Shown one piece after another: positions 53,791-64,000 of a stretch of DNA of 64,000 nt. The translations under genes and the position numbers were made by a program. Source of the DNA: Eimeria praecox (lineage: Eukaryota); the NCBI GenBank assembly GCA_963920595.1, contig OY986948.1, positions 2,046,001 through 2,110,000 on the forward strand. Reading direction: 5' to 3'. The notes beneath the pieces were generated by a model. That model worked only from the letters and a program-made list of their open reading frames with translations, searched no databases and was not told the origin of the DNA. The stretch's first letter is position 1, and every line of letters starts with the position of its first letter.

Positions 53791-54312
53791 GTTTTGCTGC
53801 TGTTGTATTGCTGAGGTGTATATGGCTTGATGCCGCTCTTCTATTGATTACATCAAAGCCACACACAGACAACAACCCTTAGGAGTAGCTGGGGTTTATG
53901 CGTGTTTGTGTTTTTCGTTGTGCTTCTTCTTCATATCCTCCGTATGTTCTGAAGGTAATAAACTTAAATAAACAGGCAATTGTGATGCTGGGAGGGCCCC
54001 CGTTTTTCTGTCTTTGTTTAGTGTAGATCAAGATAATGTTTTAAGATATTATCTTTGCGAGTTATCGTTTAATTATTTCAGTAGCATAACTTGCCTCGTG
54101 TATAACTGTCTTTATTTTATATACTTTGGGATACTTCTAACCCTCGTGTTGCCCCTGAGAGAGCACCGCCATAGCTAGAATAGTCAAAGAGAAAGAAACA
54201 ACAGACAAATCATGTTTAGGGGCCCCTCCCATACTCACGAGGTAAAGCCCTCTCCCTAGCTGATTCTCGTTTACTCTATTCAAGGACAGATACACACAGA
54301 AGACTGTCATAT

Positions 54313-54358
<46 letters not shown>

Positions 54359-54398
54359 AGAAAGGGGATTGATAGCCTGGGTAGTTGAGGTTCTATCA

Positions 54399-54471
54399 TC
54401 CGTCGTAGTCTAGGTGGTTAGGATACGCGGCTCTCACCCGCGCGACCCGGGTTCAAGTCCCGGCGACGGAA
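54399..54471 (+). tRNA. trnE: tRNA-Glu (anticodon CTC)
   Basis: Acceptor TCCGTCG/CGACGGA, anticodon stem CGCGG/CCGCG with loop CT-CTC-AC (54433-54435), T arm CCGGG-TTCAAGT-CCCGG. Confidence 0.97.
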
Positions 54472-54478
54472 TTTTTTT
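54472..54478 (+). terminator. RNA polymerase III oligo-T terminator of tRNA-Glu
   Basis: T7 run immediately after the discriminator base. Confidence 0.85.
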
Positions 54479-55187
54479 ATTTTTTAATAAGAAATTCGAA
54501 TATAATCCTCGCTTGTTATTCTTTTAACTTAATTTATTTTCATTTTAACTTACTAATTTCGAAAATACAATTATAACTTACCCTTTGTTTCGAACACCAA
54601 TCGAATGGTCTGGCCCATTCGACTGACCGGTAGCACTGCCGACAGGCAGCCCCAATCTTGACGCATGCAGCCAAAATAATAAAAATATTAGTTGAATTTA
54701 TGATAGATTGTACATTTATTCGTGTTTGCTTCTTTTTTTGTAATATTTCAGCCATACAAAGTTCCTCCTACTCAGTATAAGATATACCACCAGCACGCTA
54801 CTGGAGGCGACGACGACCAGAGTAGTTAAATTGCGTTATTTTGATATATATCGAAAGAAATAAGAATAATATTTTAATTTGGGATTTACCCCATTTGATT
54901 TCCGCGTATTTTGAAGGTGATCTGCTCACGAAAAACAAAGATTGACTTGTCTACGTCACCGCTTGCGAGCGGTGATGATATCGTAGCGTTCAAACGCATG
55001 ATTCTTAATAAACAAATGTACAAACAGGGTATTTATATTATTATTTACCACGTAAAATAACTCATATCAACCAAATTTAAACAAACAAGGTAGATCGTGG
55101 AGCAACATGCAGGTTACGTGATTTCAAACTTCACTATTACGGTATAAACGAAATAAAATGAGTTTTTAGAAGCCTAACACAACAATA

Positions 55188-55218
<31 letters not shown>

Positions 55219-55388
55219 ATATATATATATATATATATATATTTACTATCAGGGCAATCCTGTAAGTGAGAGGCAGCACTATCTTCAGGTGTTTCCTGGG
55301 GTTTTAATGCTTCTGTACTCTCTGTCTTTTCTTGCAGTTTTCACTTGATATATATCCCATATGTATAAAGTTTTATCTACAAGACACA

Positions 55389-56760
55389 AATAGAATAGAA
55401 TAGAATAGAATAGAATAGAATAGAATAGAATAGAATAGAATAGAATAGAATAGAATAGAATAGAATAGAATAGAATAGAATAGAATAGAATAGAATAGAA
55501 TAGAATAGAATAGAATAGAATAGAATAGAATAGAATAGAATAGAATAGAATAGAATAGAATAGAATAGAATAGAATAGAATAGAATAGAATAGAATAGAA
55601 TAGAATAGAATAGAATAGAATAGAATAGAATAGAATAGAATAGAATAGAATAGAATAGAATAGAATAGAATAGAATAGAATAGAATAGAATAGAATAGAA
55701 TAGAATAGAATAGAATAGAATAGAATAGAATAGAATAGAATAGAATAGAATAGAATAGAATAGAATAGAATAGAATAGAATAGAATAGAATAGAATAGAA
55801 TAGAATAGAATAGAATAGAATAGAATAGAATAGAATAGAATAGAATAGAATAGAATAGAATAGAATAGAATAGAATAGAATAGAATAGAATAGAATAGAA
55901 TAGAATAGAATAGAATAGAATAGAATAGAATAGAATAGAATAGAATAGAATAGAATAGAATAGAATAGAATAGAATAGAATAGAATAGAATAGAATAGAA
56001 TAGAATAGAATAGAATAGAATAGAATAGAATAGAATAGAATAGAATAGAATAGAATAGAATAGAATAGAATAGAATAGAATAGAATAGAATAGAATAGAA
56101 TAGAATAGAATAGAATAGAATAGAATAGAATAGAATAGAATAGAATAGAATAGAATAGAATAGAATAGAATAGAATAGAATAGAATAGAATAGAATAGAA
56201 TAGAATAGAATAGAATAGAATAGAATAGAATAGAATAGAATAGAATAGAATAGAATAGAATAGAATAGAATAGAATAGAATAGAATAGAATAGAATAGAA
56301 TAGAATAGAATAGAATAGAATAGAATAGAATAGAATAGAATAGAATAGAATAGAATAGAATAGAATAGAATAGAATAGAATAGAATAGAATAGAATAGAA
56401 TAGAATAGAATAGAATAGAATAGAATAGAATAGAATAGAATAGAATAGAATAGAATAGAATAGAATAGAATAGAATAGAATAGAATAGAATAGAATAGAA
56501 TAGAATAGAATAGAATAGAATAGAATAGAATAGAATAGAATAGAATAGAATAGAATAGAATAGAATAGAATAGAATAGAATAGAATAGAATAGAATAGAA
56601 TAGAATAGAATAGAATAGAATAGAATAGAATAGAATAGAATAGAATAGAATAGAATAGAATAGAATAGAATAGAATAAAATAAAATAAAATAAAATAAAA
56701 TAAAATAAAATAAAATAAAATAAAATAGAATAAAATAAAATAAAATAAAATAAAATAGAA
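55389..56760. repeat. (AATAG)n pentamer satellite (~257 copies) grading into (AATAA)n
   Basis: Perfect TAGAA repeats to 56675, then TAAAA units with occasional TAGAA. Confidence 0.98.
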
Positions 56761-57012
56761 GGGTCCTTAGGACTGCAGATCCCCTAGGAAGATCCTTTAT
56801 AACTATTTTATAATTATGTTTTAGTTATAAATGCTCTGAAAAGACCCTAAATTCCGGAGCAGTATTGTTTGCTGCAGTTGAAATACCCGAAGATATATCC
56901 ATCTTCATACAAATAGCAATATTTCCTGCGCTGTAGTTGTGCTGTTTACTTTAATAGAGTGAAATAACCATGAAAATAATGTGAACAGCTCAACAACTAC
57001 AAGAAAAATAAG

Positions 57013-57088
<76 letters not shown>

Positions 57089-57113
57089 AAATAAATAATA
57101 AATAAATAAATAA

Positions 57114-57176
<63 letters not shown>

Positions 57177-57190
57177 ATTAATTAAATAAA

Positions 57191-57234
<44 letters not shown>

Positions 57235-57236
57235 AA

Positions 57237-57315
<79 letters not shown>

Positions 57316-57316
57316 A
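57013..57316. repeat. (TAAA)n tetranucleotide microsatellite
   Basis: ~300 bp of near-perfect TAAA. Confidence 0.97.
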
Positions 57317-57323
57317 TATATAT

Positions 57324-57396
57324 AGCCTTCACCCGGAATCGAACCGGCGACCTTCCGCTTACTAAGCGGATGATCTACCGACTGAGCTAATGAGGC
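57324..57396 (-). tRNA. trnT: tRNA-Thr (anticodon AGT), structurally aberrant; possible pseudogene
   Basis: GCCTCAT TA GCTC AGTCGGTA GATC A TCCGC TT-AGT-AA GCGGA AGGTC GCCGG TTCGATT CCGGG TGAAGGC T; anticodon arm perfect, mismatches in acceptor, D and T stems. Confidence 0.85.
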
Positions 57397-57699
57397 ATAT
57401 TAGTTTTTGTTATCTTTTCTTTGTTTAAACACTTTCCTTAATCTACCATGAACATGGGGCGTTTAGGTGTTTTAAGGGTTAATTGTTTCAAGGAGAATTC
57501 AGAAAAGAATAGAATATAGTAGAAAACAAAAGCAATAAAGGTATAGTGAGAAGGATATCACAGTCTCTCTCATGAGAACAAAGCAAAACAACACAACACG
57601 AGCAGAAACCAAACAAAACAAACTTAGTCCTTCATGGTTTTCTGTTTCTACGCATGTACAAATAGTAAAATGAAGGGAAATACACTGAAAATAGAAGAA

Positions 57700-57701
57700 C
57701 A

Positions 57702-57800
<99 letters not shown>

Positions 57801-57998
57801 ATTATTTGTTTCTACATCGAGAGGGAATCGTAAATACAAGATTTAGGGTTAATACGCATTACTTACTTTGCAATTAATTGCTTGCAATTGCAAGCAATTA
57901 AAGAAGAAAAGAAACAAATAACTAAACTGTTTACGATGATTCCTACGTATCTAGCTAGAAGACTTTCTGCTTTATCCATTACAAATTAACTCTATATA

Positions 57999-58050
<52 letters not shown>

Positions 58051-58203
58051 ATAATATATATTATTATATATTGCATTATACAGTAGTAGTAGTTCTGTTT
58101 AATTATGTCTTTCTTCCTCTAATCGTTCTATGCTCACAAACAAAAACGCGTGAGTACAACGTTAGAGAGAATGCCCTCGTTACTAAGTGTGCCTCTTGCC
58201 TCG

Positions 58204-58243
<40 letters not shown>

Positions 58244-58630
58244 GCCTCTAGCTGCTCCTTACCAGCATGCTTGAGGAAGAAAGAACTGCCTTACTTCCTT
58301 GCATACATAGAAAGTTAATTGAAAGTACATAAATTTAAATAAATATATATATTGTATCTAAATAAAAGAAGAAGTAATAAGTGTTTGGTTTTAGAATGTA
58401 TATCGAGTTTATAAAGATACACAAGAATAAAAAACAACAAACAGATATTGTTTGTTGTTTCTTTCTTCCCTCCAATGTATATTATATCTTTATCTATCTC
58501 TCCCACATACATTAATATTAAAACCCTATTATTCAAATGTTGCCTGTCTATTCCCCCTCTTTATTGATATTGTGTGTTTAGCTACATGAGAGACATTTGC
58601 GCTGAAGGGGCCCGTATAGAGGAACTAGTG

Positions 58631-58683
<53 letters not shown>

Positions 58684-58800
58684 GAGCAATCACAGCGATA
58701 TTGCTGTTCTACTGCTCGAGAGGAGTGTATATAAAGATGTGTGTGTGTGTGTTTGTGTTTGTGTTTGTGTTTGTGTGTGCGCTTCTTAAATATATTATTT

Positions 58801-58834
<34 letters not shown>

Positions 58835-58896
58835 TTTATCGTAAATATACCTCCCCCCCAGCTAGGGTTTTTTCAGAATAGTGGTATTGAGATAGC

Positions 58897-58983
<87 letters not shown>

Positions 58984-59086
58984 CTATTAGAGGGATAGAC
59001 GCTGCTATACTGTGCTGTCTGTGTTTGTTAATCTGCTCAAAGAAGACAACAATTAAATATCTTCAAGCAGAGAAAGCCCCTAAATA

Positions 59087-59160
<74 letters not shown>

Positions 59161-59296
59161 CTAGGGACCGCCCCTCCTTCACAAACATGAAAAGATAAAT
59201 ATATATGTTAAATACAAAACAAAATCTGATCACAACTTCTCACTGCATTTAACAATTCCCTCCAGGTATTGTGCATATTCTGTGTGATACTCCCAC

Positions 59297-59368
<72 letters not shown>

Positions 59369-59472
59369 TATGCATCCCTATTGATATATAATATAGAATC
59401 TATACAGAATCTATATCATATATAAATCATATATATCTATCTATATAGATATATAAATATCTATGTCTATAG

Positions 59473-59511
<39 letters not shown>

Positions 59512-59710
59512 TCCCTACTGATATATAATATAGAATCTATACAGAGTCTATATCATATATAAATAATATATATATCTATATCTATATATATATAGATATA
59601 TATAGATATATAGATATATATCTATATCTCTAGCTATATATATATATATATATGCATCCCTATTGATATATAATATAGAATCTATACAGAATCTATATCA
59701 TATATAAATC

Positions 59711-59750
<40 letters not shown>

Positions 59751-59897
59751 GCATCCCTACTGATATATAATATAGAATCTATACAGAATCTATATCATAT
59801 ATAAATAATATATATATCTATATATATATATCTATATACAGATATATATCTATATCTATATCTATCTATATATATATATATATATATAGATAGATAG

Positions 59898-59945
<48 letters not shown>

Positions 59946-60008
59946 GGGTTGCTTTGCCGCATGCATGCTACGATATCTTTGATACGATTGCCGATATTGA
60001 TCCCACCA

Positions 60009-60063
<55 letters not shown>

Positions 60064-60310
60064 ACTCAATCATTATTTTATATTTGATTGAGTAATGATT
60101 TAATTGTTGGAGACCTTTCAAGCAACATTTTCAATAAAAACACCAGAAACTGCTGTTGCTGTTTATATTATTTATATTTTATTTTAATTATATTAATTAT
60201 AATTATAATTAATAATAATATATTCTAATTATATTTGCCTGCTGCTATTTCGTTTTCAAAGATAAACGAAAAAGAAGAAGAGACAGAAGGCACTGATCCC
60301 ACAAACTTGA

Positions 60311-60352
<42 letters not shown>

Positions 60353-60493
60353 AATAATAATTATTATTATTATTATTTTAATAATCTATTACATTAGAAA
60401 AAATAATAATAATTATTATTATTATTTGCTGCATCTATCTATTCAGCTATATTATAACTGAGTAGATAGATACAGCGCAATCAAAATATATAT

Positions 60494-60559
<66 letters not shown>

Positions 60560-60710
60560 CTTGACGGTTTTACGTTTTATCCCTCAGTACATTATCAGTA
60601 CAATATTTTATTTCTTTCTTTCTTTCTTTCTTTATTTATTTATTTATTTATTTATTTATTTGTTTTTATCTTTCATTCCCTCGGCTCCTTAATTGTTAAG
60701 GACTGTAGAT

Positions 60711-60754
<44 letters not shown>

Positions 60755-60840
60755 CCCTCATTTAATATATATATATATATATATACAATATCCCTCATTT
60801 AATAAATATATATATATATAATATATATATATAATATCTC
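57700..60840. repeat. Field of (TA)n microsatellites interspersed with short unique islands
   Basis: More than a dozen (TA)n runs of 30-90 bp. Confidence 0.9.
59372..59830. repeat. Four copies of a ~55-bp unit separated by TA-rich tracts
   Basis: gcatcccta(t/c)tgatatataatatagaatctatacaga.. at 59372, 59509, 59654, 59751. Confidence 0.92.
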
Positions 60841-60844
60841 TCGT

Positions 60845-60960
60845 TTAATATAAAAGCTGAGTCTTTCGCTCGCTCTTAATACCGGAGAGCAACATTCCCT
60901 CTGCTGCATCTGAAGACGCAACTAACTGTTGGCGTTTGTATTGTCTAATGCTTCTACGTC

Positions 60961-61021
<61 letters not shown>

Positions 61022-61141
61022 TATAGTAGTAGTAGTAGTAGTATTGTTGTTGTTGATGCTGCTGTTGCAGTAGTTGTTCCTGCTGCTGTTCTTGTTGTTG
61101 TTATTGCTGTTGTTGTTATTGTTGTTGTTGGTGTTGCTGTT

Positions 61142-61173
<32 letters not shown>

Positions 61174-61226
61174 GACGGCGAGTGACAACGCCACTGTTGC
61201 TTCTGCTGCTTCTGCTTCTGCTTCTG

Positions 61227-61280
<54 letters not shown>

Positions 61281-63037
61281 TTGTTGTTATTGTCTCCTGC
61301 TGCTGCGTTATGTATATTGTGTTGCAGATTGTGTATATTATATTTATCTCTAAACTCTTTAATTTGTTGTTTTTCAAGTTGTTGAATATGCTCTTTAAGA
61401 ATAGAATGTTGCTCGAGCCATTGTCGATATTGTGGGGCTGTTCTCTCTAATATATGATGTAGGGTCCTAACCTTTGTATTTATTAATTGACTATCTGCTA
61501 GTAAATGTTTTTGTTGATTCGTTGATAATAATAATTTACGCTGCATTACTACTACTTGATCCGCAGATTGAAGAGCCTTCTCTAATGTTGTATTTAATTC
61601 ATTAGAGAAAGAAACACTGAGAGACAGAGAAACAAACACAAATATATATTAATTTATATTAATATTAATTAATTAATTAATTAATTAATTAATTAATTAT
61701 TTAATGCCTTCTCTAATGTTGTATTTAATTCATTAGAGAAAGAAACACTGAGAGACAGAGAAACAAACACAAATATATATTAATTTATATTAATATTAAT
61801 TAATTAATTAATTAATTAATTAATTAATTATTTAATGCCTTCTCTAATGTTGTATTTAATTCATTAGAGAAAGAAACACTGAGAGACAGAGAAACAAACA
61901 CAAATATATATTAATTTATATTAATATTAATTAATTAATTAATTAATTAATTAATTAATTATTTAATGCCTTCTCTAATGTTGTATTTAATTCATTAGAG
62001 AAAGAAACACTGAGAGACAGAGAAACAAACACAAATATATATTAATTTATATTAATATTAATTAATTAATTAATTAATTAATTAATTATTTAATGCCTTC
62101 TCTAATGTTGTATTTAATTCATTAGAGAAAGAAACACTGAGAGACAGAAAGAAACAAACACAAATAATTAATATATATTAATATTAATTAATATTAATTA
62201 ATATTAATTAATTAATTAATTAATTAATTATTTAATGCCTTCTCTAATGTTGTATTTAATTCATTAGAGAAAGAAACACTGAGAGAAAGAAAGAAACAAA
62301 CACAAATAATTAATTTATATTAATATTAATTAATATTAACTAATTAATTAATTAATTAATTAATTAATTAATTAATTAATGCCTTCTCTAATGTTGTATT
62401 TAATTCATTAGAGAAAGAAACACTGAGAGAGAAAAAGAGAAAAAAAACACAAATAATTAATATATATTAATATATATTAATATTATTTAATATTAATTAA
62501 TATATTATTATTATTTATTAATTAATTAATATTAATTAATGTATGTTAATTATTTGTGTAATTTATTAATAATATAAATAAAATATTAAATATATATATT
62601 AACAATATAACTAGAAAAATAATAAAAAATAAACAAAAAACAAATAAAATAAAATAAAATAAAATAAAATAAAATAAAATAAAATAAAATAAAATAAAAT
62701 CGACAAAATATATAAAACAAACAAATTCGTGAGATTAACATAAAATGCACAGTCCACAACAAATACACAACTCAGAAAAAACAGAAAATAAACATAAATA
62801 TAAATATAAAGAAGATAAATATAAAGAAGATAAATATAAAGATAAAGAAGAAGATAAAGAAGATAAAGAAGATAAAGAAGAAGATAAAGAAGAAGATAAA
62901 GAAGATAAAGAAGAAGAGAAAGAAGAAGATAGAGAAGAAGAGAAAAAGGAGAGAAAAAAGTTTGAATAAATACAGCGCATACACACACGAGCTTGTGCGT
63001 ATACAATATCTATCTATCTATCTATCTATCTATATCT

Positions 63038-63082
<45 letters not shown>

Positions 63083-63864
63083 CAGATATAGATATAGATA
63101 TACAGATATAGATATATAGATATAGATATCGATATAGATATCGATATAGATACAGATATATATATCTATATATATAGATATATATAGATATAGATATAGA
63201 TATAGATATAGATATAGATATAGATATAGATATAGATATAGATATAGATATAGATATAGATATAGATATAGATATAGATATAGATATAGATACAGATATA
63301 GATATAGATATATAGATACAGATATATATATATATATATATATATAGATATATAAAATTATATATATATATATATATATAATGCCTTACTTGTCTGCAAC
63401 AAGATCCCTCAAAGTCGCACAATATTTGCACAATTCTCTCGTTAATCGATCATAATCGGAAGTATACTCAGAAGTACAATGTTGCTCCTCTGTTTGCTGC
63501 TGCAGGGTATAGGGGGGATAGGGGGGGGGCCCCCTTAATAGAGGGGGGGCCCCCCTTAAGGGGGGGGGCCCCCTTAAGAGAGGAGGGGCCCCCCTTAAGG
63601 GGGGGGCCCCCCTTAAGGGGGGGGGCCCCCTTAAGAGAGGAGGGGCCCCCCGTAGGGGCCCCTCTGTAGGTGAGCTACAACTTAAAGGACTAGCAGGTAG
63701 AGAGAAAGGGAAGGGGGTACGAGAGTAAGAAGATATATTTGCTGCTGCAGGTATAACAGCAGCAGCAATATTATTATTATTATTATTTGTTGTTGTTGTT
63801 GTTGTATCTATGAATGGTGTTAGTGGTGACGGGTGTATTGAAGGAGGTTGTGATATTGCTCCCC

Positions 63865-63900
<36 letters not shown>

Positions 63901-63907
63901 GTGTTGT

Positions 63908-63960
<53 letters not shown>

Positions 63961-64000
63961 GGGGTGTATGAGGGTTTTCTGTCGTAGGGATACATAGATA
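60845..64000 (-). CDS. 3' end of a gene entering from the right edge: Pro/Arg/Gly repeats followed by a coiled-coil-like segment; exons >64000-63390 and 61616-60845
   Basis: Frame starting at 64000 is open to donor AA|GTAAGG (phase 2) and joins acceptor ctctcag|T-GTT-TCT in phase: ..[49 protein letters not shown]..; the upstream exon is absent from the ORF track for lack of a start codon. Confidence 0.75.
61575..62460. repeat. Seven-copy minisatellite (127-144 bp period) spanning an intron/exon junction
   Basis: gccttctctaatgttgtatttaattcattagagaaagaaacactgagaga.. starts at 61575, 61706, 61837, 61968, 62095, 62237, 62381, separated by (TTAA)n. Confidence 0.96.
62640..63380. repeat. Intronic simple repeats: (TAAAA)n, GAAGATAAA-type units, (TATC)n, (GATATA)n
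   Basis: Seen directly in the sequence. Confidence 0.9.

Noticed and set aside
54640..54900. RNase MRP or spliceosomal snRNA
   Set aside because: Only partial motif resemblance (ggggtaaatccc / ttggggct); internal T-runs and no U1/U2/U4/U5 hallmark sequences.
55345..55376. WD40-like peptide DKTLYIWDI on the minus strand after an AG
   Set aside because: Too short; I could not join it into a consistent gene model.
56843..56852. Telomerase RNA template or telomeric repeat (accctaaa)
   Set aside because: Single heptamer, no extended template or array.
59372..59830. CRISPR-like array
   Set aside because: Spacers are TA microsatellite, not unique sequence.
56997..60065. YIYI/LFIY ORFs
   Set aside because: Translations of (TA)n and (TAAA)n microsatellites.
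61575..62460. CRISPR-like repeat-spacer array
   Set aside because: Spacers are near-identical (TTAA)n tracts, the repeat is an exon boundary, there are no cas genes and the context is eukaryotic.
62745..62969. KED-rich plus-strand ORF
   Set aside because: Simple GAAGATAAA repeat inside an intron of the opposite-strand gene; no other support.

Overview
Eukaryotic, intron-rich DNA from a coccidian apicomplexan (Eimeria-like: CAG-repeat coding tracts, TGCATGCA octamers, GT-AG introns). The window changes from repeat-poor (1 to ~39.6 kb) to CAG-rich (~40-53.6 kb) to AT-rich microsatellite (53.6-64 kb). By manual splicing I reconstruct: a paladin-like pseudophosphatase (partial, -), head-to-head with a plant-MKP1-like dual-specificity phosphatase carrying two gelsolin-like repeats (+); a 27-exon UPF1-family SF1 helicase with three dsRBM-like motifs instead of the CH domain and two consecutive probable GC-AG introns (+); SPF45/RBM17 (+); a small secreted-type protein (-); a COPI-associated membrane protein (-) with a nearby inverted partial copy; a probable decayed retrotransposon integrase; a ~2800-aa RAP-domain protein (-) divergent from a low-complexity ORF (+); tRNA-Glu(CTC) and an aberrant tRNA-Thr(AGT) flanking a ~1.3-kb (AATAG)n satellite; and the 3' end of a minus-strand gene whose last splice acceptor is present in 7 tandem copies. 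All family calls come from motif recognition by eye; no searches were run, so novelty is unverified. No prokaryote-type system (CRISPR etc.) is present.
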